A stretch of DNA of 64,000 nt from Nitrospirota bacterium (lineage in GTDB: Bacteria > Nitrospirota > JACRHL01). The stretch spans positions 18,459 through 82,458 of the forward strand of contig JACRHL010000012.1 in NCBI GenBank assembly GCA_016212085.1, given 5' to 3'. Position 1 is the stretch's first letter; each line of letters begins with the position of its first letter. Shown piece by piece: positions 38,351 through 47,927 of the stretch. The translations under genes were made by a program, and so were the position numbers. The notes beneath the pieces were generated by a model. That model did not search any database. It saw nothing but the letters and a program-made list of their open reading frames with translations, and had not been told where the DNA came from.

Positions 38351-39808
38351 TCAGCGTGGCAGGGTGAGGATGGCATCCAGGCCGCCCCGGGGGCGGTTGC
38401 GCAGGATCAGGTCGCCACCGTGGGCGCGGGCGATGGTGCGGGCGATGGCCAGCCCCAGCCCGGTGCCGCCGGTGGCCCGGTTGCGCGAGGTCTCCAGGCG
38501 CACGAACGGCTCGAACACCTGCTCCAGGCGCTCCTCGGGGATGCCGGGCCCGTCGTCCGCCACGCGGATGGTGAGGGCGTGGCCGTCGTCGGCGATGTGC
38601 ACCCGCGCCGCGCCGCCGTAGCGGATGGCATTCTCCACCAGGTTGTTCAGGCAGCGCTTGAGGGCCACCACCCGCGCCGGGTAGGGGGCCGCCTGGCCAC
38701 TCACGGTGACCGCATGCCCCAGCTCCTCCTGGTCCTCCTGGATGCTTTCCGCCAGGGCGGTGACGTTCACCGCCCGCAGCGGCTCGCCGGCGCCGCCGGC
38801 GCCGCGCATGAAGTCTAGGGTGGCGTTGACCATCGCCTCCATCTCGTCCAGATCCTGGCGCACCTTGTCCTGGAAGGCCGGGTCGCCCGCCAGCTCGGCG
38901 CGCAGGCGCAGGCGGGTGATGGGGGTCTTCAGGTCGTGGGAGACCGCCGCCAGCATCTGCTCCCGGTCGCGCAGGTAGCGGCCGATGCGCTGCTGCATGG
39001 TGTTGAAGGCCGCCGCCGCGCGGCGCACCTCCGCCGGACCGGTTTCCGCCAGGGGCGGGCGGTGGATGTCGCGCCCCAGCTTGTCCGCCGCAGTGGCCAG
39101 CATGGTGAGCGGCCGGGTGACCCGGCGCACGGTGAAGAGGGACACCGCCAGCACCGCCAGGAACAGCACCGCCACCGTCAGCAGCGCCTTGCCGGGCAAC
39201 CCCTCCGCCTGCTCCGGCGGATGGTGCACGAAGGCCACCCAGGTGCCGTCCGCCAGCCGCGTGCGCACCTCGATGCGGGTTTGGCTGGCCACGTCCGGGT
39301 CCCATCCGCCCCACCAGCCCGGCTGACCGCCGCCCGGCCCCCAGCCGGGCTGGACATGGGGCCCGAAGCCGGGCGGAAAGGGGCTCGGCGGCTGCCAGCC
39401 GGGGGGCGGTTCCGGGCGCCGGGAAGCGGGGCGCCGGGTGTCCGCGTCGGGCCGGTCCACCCGTATCCAGAGGGGGTGTTCCCGCCCCAGCCAGCGCGCC
39501 AGCACCACCTTCAGCCGCGCCGCCGCCCGGCCGCCGCTTTCCGGCCGGTCCGGCGGGCCGCCGAACGCCACCAGCAGGTCGGGCCCGTTGACGGCGGCGA
39601 GCAGGGTGCCGCGCTGGTCCGCCGGCACCGCGTCGAGCAGCCGGACGATGCTGGCGATGCGCTGCGCCTTGTGGCGGCCCCCCGCCTCGAACAAGGCCGC
39701 GTCCCGGTCGTGGAGCAGGATGCCGGCGCCGATCAGCTGCGCCAGCAGCAGGCCGCCCAGCAGCACCAGCACCAGACGTCCGAACAGGGTGTCGGGAAGC
39801 AGCCGCAT
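38351..39808 (-). CDS. EnvZ/CpxA-like sensor histidine kinase with Pro/Gly/Trp-rich periplasmic segment
   Basis: Frame of ORF 38351..40549 trimmed to ATG 39808. Two TM segments, HAMP, H-box ..MLAAVSHDLKTPITRLRL.., ..NLVENAIRYG.. ..DDGPGIP.. ..GTGLGLAIA.. Confidence 0.88.
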   Translation of the reverse strand: MRLLPDTLFGRLVLVLLGGLLLAQLIGAGILLHDRDAALFEAGGRHKAQRIASIVRLLDAVPADQRGTLLAAVNGPDLLVAFGGPPDRPESGGRAAARLKVVLARWLGREHPLWIRVDRPDADTRRPASRRPEPPPGWQPPSPFPPGFGPHVQPGWGPGGGQPGWWGGWDPDVASQTRIEVRTRLADGTWVAFVHHPPEQAEGLPGKALLTVAVLFLAVLAVSLFTVRRVTRPLTMLATAADKLGRDIHRPPLAETGPAEVRRAAAAFNTMQQRIGRYLRDREQMLAAVSHDLKTPITRLRLRAELAGDPAFQDKVRQDLDEMEAMVNATLDFMRGAGGAGEPLRAVNVTALAESIQEDQEELGHAVTVSGQAAPYPARVVALKRCLNNLVENAIRYGGAARVHIADDGHALTIRVADDGPGIPEERLEQVFEPFVRLETSRNRATGGTGLGLAIARTIARAHGGDLILRNRPRGGLDAILTLPR

Positions 39809-39819
39809 CCAGGCCGACC

Positions 39820-40542
39820 CTAATCCTCGGTGGCGACCTTGGCCGCCAGCACGTAACCCTCGCCGCGCACGGTCTTGATGAGCGCGGGGGCCTGGCCGTC
39901 GTCGCCCAGGCGCCGGCGCAGGCGGCCGATCTGCACGTCGATGCTGCGGTCGAAGGGGATGGCCTCGCGGCCGCGGGTCATGTCGAGCAACTGATCGCGG
40001 GACAGCACCCGGTTGGGGTGCTCCAGGAGCACCTTGAGCAGCCGGTATTCGCCACCGGAGAGGGGCACCACCACGCCGCCGGGGTCGACCAGCTGGCGCT
40101 GGGCGAGGTCCAGGGCCCAGCCGGCAAAACAGAGGCGCGCCGCGTGGACATGGTCGGGGCTGTCGGGCAGGGCGCGGGTGCGGCGCAGCACCGCCTTGAT
40201 GCGCGCCAGCAGCTCGCGCGGGCTGAACGGCTTGGGCAGGTAGTCGTCGGCGCCCATCTCCAGGCCGACGATGCGGTCGGTCTCCTCGCCGCGGGCGGTG
40301 AGCATGATCACCGGCACCCGCGACCGGGCGCGCAGGTCGCGGCACAGCACCAGGCCGTCCTCCCCGGGCAGCATCAGGTCCAGGATGACCAGGTCGGCCC
40401 GTTCCCGCTCCAGGGTCTCGCGCATGGCGCGGCCGTCGGGCACGGCGCGGGTGGCATAGCCCTCGCGCCGCAGGTACTCGGACAGGAGCTGGCGGATCTC
40501 CGCGTCGTCGTCGACAATCAGGATATGATCGGGCCGGTCCAT
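39820..40542 (-). CDS. OmpR-family response regulator (OmpR/CpxR-like)
   Basis: ORF track; ..ILIVDDD.. ..LVILDLMLPGEDGL.. ..VIMLTARGEETDRIVGLEMGADDYLPKPFSPRELLARIKAVLRR.. ..RSIDVQIGRLRRRL.. Confidence 0.93.
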   Translation of the reverse strand: MDRPDHILIVDDDAEIRQLLSEYLRREGYATRAVPDGRAMRETLERERADLVILDLMLPGEDGLVLCRDLRARSRVPVIMLTARGEETDRIVGLEMGADDYLPKPFSPRELLARIKAVLRRTRALPDSPDHVHAARLCFAGWALDLAQRQLVDPGGVVVPLSGGEYRLLKVLLEHPNRVLSRDQLLDMTRGREAIPFDRSIDVQIGRLRRRLGDDGQAPALIKTVRGEGYVLAAKVATED

Positions 40543-40586
40543 GACTCATTTATACCGTTGCAACGGCAAGGTGGCGCGGCAGAATT

Positions 40587-40601
40587 GTAACCGACCGTAA
40601 C
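40587..40601 (+). promoter_or_regulatory. tandem direct repeat GTAAC-N5-GTAAC (OmpR/CpxR-type box candidate)
   Basis: Read directly in the divergent intergenic region. Additional inverted half-sites GTTAC at 40625 and 40658. Confidence 0.4.
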
Positions 40602-40745
40602 GGCGCCGCCACGTGCAATGGTTCGTTACCAATCCACCGGCCGGCGGACATCCTGGCGTTACCGGGCGGTGGTGTACTCGAAGCCAGCAACCCATTGCGC
40701 CGGCGGCGGCCGCCGGTGCCGAACCGCTTGTAAGGAGACACGGAC

Positions 40746-41264
40746 ATGAACAAGACCACCCTCGCATTGATCGCCGGCACGGCCATGCTGTGCGGCGCCC
40801 TGGCCCAGAACGTCCAGGCGCAGCCGCCGGGCTATCCGTTCGGCCCCTACGGCGGCATGCCGGGTTACGGCTACCAGTACATGCCTCCCGCGTCCGGCTA
40901 TCCGTCGTACTTCGAGGATTACACCGATCTGCTGGAGGACCGCTTCGACTGGATGGAGGAACGGCTCGACATCCGCTCCGACCAGAAGACCGCCTGGAAC
41001 GCCTTCCGCGACGCGGTGCTCAAGGAGATCGACGCCCGCGAGGAGCTGCACAAGTCGTTCCGCCGGGACCGGCCGGACGACGCCCTGGAGATGGACGCGC
41101 GCCGCATCACCGTGATGGAGCAACGGCTGGCGGGCATGAAGGCCATCGCCCAGGCCCGCCGCGACCTGTTCGCGGTGCTCGACAACAAGCAGCGTGACGA
41201 GGCGTCGGACCTGATGACGCGGCACCACCCCCGCGGCGGTTCCGACGGGTACTGGGGATACTGA
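40746..41264 (+). CDS. periplasmic CpxP/Spy-like protein with Gly/Tyr/Pro-rich termini
   Basis: ORF track; signal peptide; helical core ..RSDQKTAWNAFRDAVL.. ..QRLAGMKAIAQARRDLFAVLDNKQRDEA..; N-terminal PPGYPFGPYGGMPGYGYQYMPP. Confidence 0.6.
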   Translation: MNKTTLALIAGTAMLCGALAQNVQAQPPGYPFGPYGGMPGYGYQYMPPASGYPSYFEDYTDLLEDRFDWMEERLDIRSDQKTAWNAFRDAVLKEIDAREELHKSFRRDRPDDALEMDARRITVMEQRLAGMKAIAQARRDLFAVLDNKQRDEASDLMTRHHPRGGSDGYWGY

Positions 41265-41283
41265 GCCGGGCCCCATCGCATCG

Positions 41284-41340
41284 CCCCTTCCGGCCGCTCC
41301 GGGCCCGCGTCCGGGGCGGCCGGAAGGGGGGGCGATTTTC
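41284..41340 (+). terminator. intrinsic terminator candidate after the CpxP-like gene
   Basis: CCCCTTCCGGCCGC ... GCGGCCGGAAGGGG 14-bp stem followed by ..GATTTTCC. Confidence 0.5.
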
Positions 41341-41466
41341 CTTGACAAGGCTCCGTTCCAAGGCCTACCTTTCAAATTCTAATGTGTAAGGGGAGCGCGG
41401 CGCTTCTCCTCTGTCGGGTACCGACTGCCATATTCCCCGTGGTTGGGCGGGGCGGAAGGAGTGACG

Positions 41467-43056
41467 ATGCAACGGGCGAAACAGCTGGCGGTTCTTGGGC
41501 TTCGGGAGTTGGGGGAGGTCCACTGGAACCTCTCGCCCGCGGCCCTTTACGAGGAGGCCATCCGCCGCGGTGAGGGCGAGGTGGCGGACGGTGGGGCGCT
41601 GGTCGTCCGCACCGGCACCTTTACCGGCCGTGCCGCCCAGGACAAGTTCATCGTCGAGGAGCCGGGCAGTGTCGGCAACATCGACTGGGGCGATGTCAAC
41701 AGGCCCATCTCCGCCGCCAGGTTCGACGCCCTGCTCGACCGGGTGATGGACTATTTCCGCGGCCGCGAGATCTTCATCCAGGACATGCTGGCCGGGGCGG
41801 ACGACCGCTACCGGATCCCCATCCGGGTCATCACCGAAAAGGCCTGGCACAGCCTGTTCGCGCGCAATATGTTCGTGCGCATCCAGGACAAGGCGGCGCT
41901 GGGCGGTCACGCGCCCGAGTACACGGTGGTGCACGCCCCCGGTTTCGAGGCCTACCCGGAGCGCGACGGCACCCGCTCCGAGGCGTTCGTGCTCTTGCAC
42001 CCCGGCCGCAAGCTGGTGCTGATCGGCGGCACCCACTATGCCGGCGAGATCAAGAAATCCATCTTCTCCACCCTCAACTATGTGCTGCCGTTGCAGGGCG
42101 TGATGTCGATGCACTGCTCCGCCAACGTGGGCAAGAACGGCGACACCGCCGTGTTCTTCGGCCTGTCGGGCACCGGCAAGACCACCCTCTCCGCCGATCC
42201 GGCGCGCGACCTGATCGGTGACGACGAGCACGGCTGGTCCGACGGGGGCGTGTTCAACTACGAGGGCGGCTGCTACGCCAAGGTGATCAACCTGTCGCCG
42301 GTGGCGGAGCCGGAGATCTACGCCTGCACCGGCCGCTTCGGGACGGTGCTCGAGAACGTGGTCATGGACCCCGCCAACCGCACGCTGGACCTGGACTCCA
42401 ACCACCTGACCGAGAACACCCGCGCCGCCTACCCCATCCACTTCATCCCCAACCACCTGCCCGGTGGCAAGGCGGGGCACCCCAAGAACATCATCATGCT
42501 CACCTGCGACGCCTTCGGGGTGATGCCGCCCATCGCCAAGCTCACCGCGGCGCAGGCCATGTATCACTTCCTGTCCGGTTACACCGCCAAGGTGGCGGGC
42601 ACCGAGGCGGGCGTCAAGGAGCCCAAGGCCACCTTCAGCACCTGCTTCGGCGCGCCGTTCATGCCGCTGCATCCGGGGGTGTACGCCAAGCTGCTGGGCG
42701 AGAAGATCGAGCGCCACGGCGTGGATTGCTGGCTGGTGAACACCGGCTGGACCGGTGGCGAGTACGGCGTGGGCCAGCGCATGTCCATCCGCCACACCCG
42801 CTCCCTGGTGCACGGCGCCCTGGACGGCTCCCTGGTGGACGTGCCCACCCATCGAGACCCCATCTTCGGCCTGGCCATCCCGGAACGCTGCGACGGCGTG
42901 CCGTCCAGCATCCTCCAGCCCCGCACCACCTGGGCGGATGGGGCCGCCTATGACCGCAAGGCCAAGGAGCTGGCGCGCCTGTTCCACCAGAACTTCGCCC
43001 GCTACGTCAGCGGCGTCACCGACGCGATCCGCGACGCGGGCCCGCTGGTCGGCTAG
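41467..43056 (+). CDS. pckA: phosphoenolpyruvate carboxykinase (ATP)
   Basis: ORF 41443..43056 trimmed to ATG 41467 (GGAAGGAG upstream). ..[11 protein letters not shown].. ..[13 protein letters not shown].. ..IGDDEHGW.. Confidence 0.95.
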   Translation: MQRAKQLAVLGLRELGEVHWNLSPAALYEEAIRRGEGEVADGGALVVRTGTFTGRAAQDKFIVEEPGSVGNIDWGDVNRPISAARFDALLDRVMDYFRGREIFIQDMLAGADDRYRIPIRVITEKAWHSLFARNMFVRIQDKAALGGHAPEYTVVHAPGFEAYPERDGTRSEAFVLLHPGRKLVLIGGTHYAGEIKKSIFSTLNYVLPLQGVMSMHCSANVGKNGDTAVFFGLSGTGKTTLSADPARDLIGDDEHGWSDGGVFNYEGGCYAKVINLSPVAEPEIYACTGRFGTVLENVVMDPANRTLDLDSNHLTENTRAAYPIHFIPNHLPGGKAGHPKNIIMLTCDAFGVMPPIAKLTAAQAMYHFLSGYTAKVAGTEAGVKEPKATFSTCFGAPFMPLHPGVYAKLLGEKIERHGVDCWLVNTGWTGGEYGVGQRMSIRHTRSLVHGALDGSLVDVPTHRDPIFGLAIPERCDGVPSSILQPRTTWADGAAYDRKAKELARLFHQNFARYVSGVTDAIRDAGPLVG

Positions 43057-43071
43057 CTTCGGCCCGGTCCG

Positions 43072-43542
43072 ATGGCGCGCCGCTACTGGCTGATGAAGTC
43101 GGAGCCCGGCTGCTTCTCGCTGGACGACCTGGAGGCGAGCCCCGGCCGGATCACCTGCTGGGACGGGGTGCGCAACTACCAGGCGCGCAACATGCTGCGT
43201 GACGACCTGAAGGCGGGTGACGGCGTCCTGTTCTACCACAGCAACACCAAGCCCGTGGGGGTGGTGGGCCTGTGCGAGGTGGTGCGCGCGGGCTACCCGG
43301 ACCCCACCGCCTTCGACCCCCGTGCGGGCCATTTCGATCCCAAAAGCGATCCCGCCCGCCCCACCTGGTACGTGGTGGACGTGCGCTTCGTGCGCGCGCT
43401 GCCGCGCTGCGTCACCCTCGACGAGCTGAAGCGCGCCCCCGGCCTGGAGGACATGAAGGTGGTGCAGCGGGGCCAGCGCCTGTCGGTGCAGCCGGTCACC
43501 CGCCAGGAGTGGGACATCGTCCTTTCCCTTGCCGAAGGCTGA
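43072..43542 (+). CDS. EVE (PUA-like) domain protein
   Basis: ORF track; MARRYWLMKSEPGCFSLDDL.. ..WDGVRNYQARNMLRD.. ..GDGVLFYHSN.. Confidence 0.85.
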   Translation: MARRYWLMKSEPGCFSLDDLEASPGRITCWDGVRNYQARNMLRDDLKAGDGVLFYHSNTKPVGVVGLCEVVRAGYPDPTAFDPRAGHFDPKSDPARPTWYVVDVRFVRALPRCVTLDELKRAPGLEDMKVVQRGQRLSVQPVTRQEWDIVLSLAEG

Positions 43543-44647
43543 CCCGCCCCGCGGCCAGGCCGCCGCACTGCTCGTCCTGAGACTGCGCGCCCTGGCCCGC
43601 GCGGCCCGTGACCACGCGGCCACGCTGCTGGTGCTGTATCCGCTCATGGCCGGTACCGGCCTGCTGCTGTTGAACCGCGTGCTGGCGGACCTGGGGCCGC
43701 CTTCCGCCGGAGCCACCTGGCTGGCCTGGGGCACGCTGGCCGGCTGCGGGGCGTTCCGGGTTCGCCGCCGTGGCCGCGCGCAGGGCATCGCAGCCGACGC
43801 CTGCCTTCCCTTGAGCCGTTCCGCCCGCTGGCTGGACGCCTACCTGGCGGCCTGGGTGCGCCTGTTGCCGGTGACTGTCCTGGCGCTCCTGGTGGCCGCG
43901 CGGTCGGAGGGTGTTCCCGGCTGGCCGGTGGCGCTGGCCGCCTTCGGGTTGCCCCTGGCGGCGCCTGTTGGCGAACGGGGAGGGGTGGCGCGCGGTTCAT
44001 GGAATTGGCGGTGGGCCGCCAATGGGGTGACGGCCGCGACGGCCTTGCTGCCCCCCCCGTGGCGGCCCCTTGTGGCTCGGGACCTGCTGGTTCTGGCCCG
44101 TGGCGGGGTGCCTGGCGCGGGGGTGAACGCCCTGTTGGCCGTGTTCGCCCTGGGTTGGGCCGTGTGGGTGGCGCTGACGGGCGGCACGCGCGAGGGGCTG
44201 CTGGCGGTCGCGCTGGCCGCATGGGCGCTGTCGGCCACCGTGGCGCCCTTGCTGGCCGGGCAGTGGCGTGCCCTCTGGCTGGCGCGCGACGCGGGCGTTT
44301 CCGCCACCGACCTGTGGCGCGCCAAGGTGGCCGTGGCGGTGCTGTTGGGAACGCTGCCCGGGCTGGTGGCGGCCGCCTGCTGGCTGCCCGTCGCGCCGGG
44401 CACCGCGCTGCTTTGCCCGGTCCTGGCGGCGGCGGTGGGGCTGGCGGTCGGGGCCGCGGTGATGGAGGGGGACGGGCGGCCGCTGCTGCACGGCGTGGCC
44501 TCCCTCATGCTGGCGTTGGGGGTGGGGGTGCTGGCCCTGCTGGGTCCGGCATGGCTCCTGCTCGCACCGGTCTTGGCCGCATATTTGCAAAAACTCGGAG
44601 TGCCACGGCTGGCCCGGCGTGTGGAGGCGCTGGCGCAAGTCGCCTAG
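43529..44647 (+). CDS. hypothetical polytopic membrane protein (start uncertain)
   Basis: ORF track (TTG start overlapping the EVE gene by 14 nt). Strong third-position G/C bias in this frame; multiple Ala/Leu/Trp-rich hydrophobic segments. Confidence 0.5.
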   Translation: MPKADPPRGQAAALLVLRLRALARAARDHAATLLVLYPLMAGTGLLLLNRVLADLGPPSAGATWLAWGTLAGCGAFRVRRRGRAQGIAADACLPLSRSARWLDAYLAAWVRLLPVTVLALLVAARSEGVPGWPVALAAFGLPLAAPVGERGGVARGSWNWRWAANGVTAATALLPPPWRPLVARDLLVLARGGVPGAGVNALLAVFALGWAVWVALTGGTREGLLAVALAAWALSATVAPLLAGQWRALWLARDAGVSATDLWRAKVAVAVLLGTLPGLVAAACWLPVAPGTALLCPVLAAAVGLAVGAAVMEGDGRPLLHGVASLMLALGVGVLALLGPAWLLLAPVLAAYLQKLGVPRLARRVEALAQVA

Positions 44648-44653
44648 CAACGC

Positions 44654-44770
44654 TGCAAAACCGCCTTGTTTCGGCGCGTTCGCGTCCGGCACGGGGGGGT
44701 GTGCGGCGGATTCCGGGCGTGGATATCCGGAATCCATCCTGCTGGGACTTGCCGTGGCCGGCCGTTCTGC
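44654..44770 (+). repeat. diverged partial copy C of the multi-hairpin repeat family
   Basis: ..AAAACCGCCTTGTTTCGGCGCG..CCGGCAC..GTGCGG..GGATTCCGG-N10-CCGGAATCC.. aligns by eye to the first ~90 nt of copies A and B. Confidence 0.5.
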
Positions 44771-44914
44771 CGAAATACACCGTATCGGCGGCGGCGGGAG
44801 GAAGGCCGCGCGCCGAACGTAGTAGAATGGCGCCTGGCCGCGCCGTGCCGAAGGGGTGTCATGGCCCCTCTTCCAGGGGTGACGCACGTTGATTTGAATT
44901 TGTGAGGGATTCCG

Positions 44915-47545
44915 TTGCACCAACAGCATATTGAGGTCCGGCCCCGGCTGCCGGAGCCGATCGGCCGCCTTGAGGAACTGGCCCAGAACCTGTGGTTTTC
45001 GTGGAACGCGGATGCCCGTTCGCTGTTCTATCGCCTGGACCGGGACTTGTGGCGCAAGGTGGGGCACAACCCGATCCTGTTCCTGAAGCGGGTCAGCCAG
45101 TTGCGGCTGGACCGTGCCGCCAAGGACCGCACCTACCTGGTGCACTACAACCGCATCATGGCGGCGTTCGACGTGTACGGCTCCGATGCCCACACCTGGT
45201 ACGAGAACGCGCGCACCGACAGCACCGACGGCACCATCGCCTATTTTTCCGCCGAGTTCGGCATCCACGAGAGCCTGCCCATCTTCTCCGGCGGCCTGGG
45301 CGTGCTGGCGGGCGACCACTGCAAGTCCGCGTCCGACATGGGGTTGCCGTTTGTCTGCATGGGCCTTCTGTACCGCAAGGGGTACTTTACCCAGCACATC
45401 GACGCCAAGGGGCGCCAGCACGACATCTACGAGGAGCACAATTTTTCCGAGATGCCGGTGGCCGCGGTGCTGGACGATGCGGGCGAGCCGCTCGTGGTTC
45501 CGGTGGAAATGGAGTCGCGCACCGTGCGGGTGAAAGTGTGGAAGGCCTTGGTCGGCCGCATCCCCCTCTACCTGCTGGACACGGACATCCCCGAAAACGC
45601 CTTCCAGGACCGTCTCATCACGCACCAGCTGTACGGCGGCGACATGGAGATGCGCATCTGCCAGGAAATCGTGCTGGGCATGGGCGGCGTGCGCGCCCTG
45701 TTCGCCATGGGCATCCGCCCCGCGGTGTGGCACATGAACGAGGGGCACTCCGTGTTCCTGGGGCTGGAGCGCATCCGGCAGATGGTCCAGCAGGACGCCA
45801 TGGGTTTCTACGAGGCCCTGGAGCTGGTCCGCGCCAACACCGTGTTCACCACCCACACGCCGGTGGCGGCCGGGCACGACGCCTTTCCGCTGACCCTCAA
45901 GGACAAGTACTTCAAGGCCTACTGGGAAGGGCTGGGGCTGAGCCGCCACGAGTTCCTGGAGCTGGGCCTCGAGGTCGCGCCGGACGGCCACCACGAGGTG
46001 TTCTCGCTCACCGTGCTGGCGCTCAACCTGTCCGGCTGGTGCAACGGCGTGAGCCGCCTGCACGGCCAGGTGTCCAGCAAGATGTGGGAACACTTCTGGC
46101 CCGGCGTGCCGGCGGACGAGAATCCCATCACCTACGTCACCAACGGCGTCCACACCCTGTCGTGGCAGGCGCCGGAGATGATGGACCTGTTCGACCAGCA
46201 TCTGGGTGTGGAGTGGCGTGCCAACATCACCAATCCGGAGTTCTGGGAGCATGTCGACCACATCCCCGACGCCCTGTTCTGGGGGGTGCACCAGAACCTC
46301 AAGCGGCGCATGATCGAACGGATCCGCGAACGCTGCGTGGAGCAGTTCATCCGCAACGGCGAGGGGGCCGCGGATATCCGCGAGATCGAGAACCTGCTCG
46401 ACCCGGAGGCGCTCACCATCGGCTTCGCCCGGCGCTTCGCCACCTATAAGCGCGCCACCCTGCTGTTTCACGATCTGGACCGGTTGGCACGCATGGTCGC
46501 CAACAGGGACCGGCCGGTGCAGTTCGTGTTCGCCGGCAAGGCCCATCCGGCGGACGTGCCGGGCCAGGCCCTGATCCAGAAGGTCTACGAGATCAGCAAG
46601 CGTCCGCCCTTCAAGGGCCACGCGGTGCTGGTGGAGGGGTACGACATTGCCATTGCCCGTTATCTGGTGTCGGGCGTGGATGTGTGGCTCAACACCCCGC
46701 GCCGCCCCTTCGAGGCCAGCGGCACCAGCGGCATGAAGGTGGCCCTGAACGGCGGCATCAACTTCAGCGTGCTCGACGGTTGGTGGTGCGAGGCCGCCAA
46801 GGAAGGGGTGAACGGCTGGTCCATCGGCGACGAGCGCGAGTTCGACGACGAGGATCGGCTGGCCCAGCAGGACTCCCAGAACCTGTACCAGCACCTGGAG
46901 GACAACATCATCCCCGCCTACTACCAGCGCAACTCCCTCGGGTTGCCGGATCAGTGGGTGCGCATCGCCAAGGCCTCCATGAAGACCATCACGCCGGTGT
47001 TCAACACCGACCGCATGGTGGGTGAGTACGCCAAGCGCTTCTACTTCCCGGCCATGGCCAAGGGGCGGCGGCTGGGGGAGAAGCAGGGCAAGCTGGCCCG
47101 CGAACTGGCCAAGTGGAAGGCGTTCATGCGCCAGAACTGGCCCCAGATGGCCATCACCTGGGGTGACGCGCGGCACCTGGCCCCCCGCGAGGCGGAATAT
47201 GGCGATGAGATCGAGATCGCGGCGCGGGTGCGGCTGGGCGAGATCGCCAGCGCCGACGTGCTGGTGGAGGCCTACATCACCGAATCCGGCACCGCGCAAC
47301 CGTGCCGGGTACCGCTGAAACCCGCGGCAAAGGCCGATGCGGACGGCTGGACGCCCTATCGCGGCACCTTCCTGCCGCCGGACACGGGGTGTTTCACCCT
47401 CACCATCCGCGCCACGCCGCACCACCCCGAGATGATCCACATGCACGAGATGGGGCTCATCAGCTGGCTATCCCACGATAAGGCGACGCCGCCCGGAGGC
47501 GCCATCGCGGGGATGCGCATGGAGCCCAGCCATGCCGATGCGTGA
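44915..47545 (+). CDS. glgP: alpha-glucan (glycogen) phosphorylase family protein, GT35
   Basis: ORF track (TTG start, GAGGGA upstream). ..LAQNLWFSWN.. ..YFSAEFG..SGGLGVLAGDH.. ..ASGTSGMKVALNG.. Confidence 0.9.
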   Translation: MHQQHIEVRPRLPEPIGRLEELAQNLWFSWNADARSLFYRLDRDLWRKVGHNPILFLKRVSQLRLDRAAKDRTYLVHYNRIMAAFDVYGSDAHTWYENARTDSTDGTIAYFSAEFGIHESLPIFSGGLGVLAGDHCKSASDMGLPFVCMGLLYRKGYFTQHIDAKGRQHDIYEEHNFSEMPVAAVLDDAGEPLVVPVEMESRTVRVKVWKALVGRIPLYLLDTDIPENAFQDRLITHQLYGGDMEMRICQEIVLGMGGVRALFAMGIRPAVWHMNEGHSVFLGLERIRQMVQQDAMGFYEALELVRANTVFTTHTPVAAGHDAFPLTLKDKYFKAYWEGLGLSRHEFLELGLEVAPDGHHEVFSLTVLALNLSGWCNGVSRLHGQVSSKMWEHFWPGVPADENPITYVTNGVHTLSWQAPEMMDLFDQHLGVEWRANITNPEFWEHVDHIPDALFWGVHQNLKRRMIERIRERCVEQFIRNGEGAADIREIENLLDPEALTIGFARRFATYKRATLLFHDLDRLARMVANRDRPVQFVFAGKAHPADVPGQALIQKVYEISKRPPFKGHAVLVEGYDIAIARYLVSGVDVWLNTPRRPFEASGTSGMKVALNGGINFSVLDGWWCEAAKEGVNGWSIGDEREFDDEDRLAQQDSQNLYQHLEDNIIPAYYQRNSLGLPDQWVRIAKASMKTITPVFNTDRMVGEYAKRFYFPAMAKGRRLGEKQGKLARELAKWKAFMRQNWPQMAITWGDARHLAPREAEYGDEIEIAARVRLGEIASADVLVEAYITESGTAQPCRVPLKPAAKADADGWTPYRGTFLPPDTGCFTLTIRATPHHPEMIHMHEMGLISWLSHDKATPPGGAIAGMRMEPSHADA

Positions 47546-47888
47546 CCGCAGGGACCACAAGCGGGAGAGCCTTGCACCGTTCACCGAGATCTTCCCGGAG
47601 GACGGTGGCGAACCCATCAGCGGCTATCCCACCGACATGAGCCGTGGCGGCCTGGCGCTGGAGGCGGACGCGCCGCTGCCGGTGAACAGCCAGGTCAGCG
47701 TCGCGGTGCACTTCGACGAGGTGTCGGAGGATGTCGCGGAAGGGGAGGGGCCGGTGGAGTTCGTGGCCGCGGAGGTCCGGCGCGTGGAGAAGATGGGCGG
47801 GCGCCACAAGGTGAGCGTGGCGTTCGTGAACCTGAACGAAACCGACCACCCCATCCTGAGCGGGGTGCTGGCGTTCATCGACGAATAG
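47532..47888 (+). CDS. PilZ-domain protein (c-di-GMP-binding motifs intact)
   Basis: ORF track; RRDHKR (RxxxR) and DMSRGG (DxSxxG). Overlaps the glgP 3' end by 14 nt. Confidence 0.75.
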   Translation: MPMRDRRDHKRESLAPFTEIFPEDGGEPISGYPTDMSRGGLALEADAPLPVNSQVSVAVHFDEVSEDVAEGEGPVEFVAAEVRRVEKMGGRHKVSVAFVNLNETDHPILSGVLAFIDE

Positions 47889-47892
47889 CAGA

Positions 47893-47918
47893 CCCCCGCG
47901 CCCGGCAAGGCGCGGGGG
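47893..47918. terminator. GC hairpin between convergent PilZ and SH3 genes
   Basis: CCCCCGCGCC-cggcaa-GGCGCGGGGG; no T-tract. Confidence 0.4.
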
Positions 47919-47927
47919 CCGCCGGGT

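Noticed and set aside
43997-47446. 1149-aa minus-strand ORF
   Set aside because: Antisense to glgP and the membrane protein gene. A shadow ORF.
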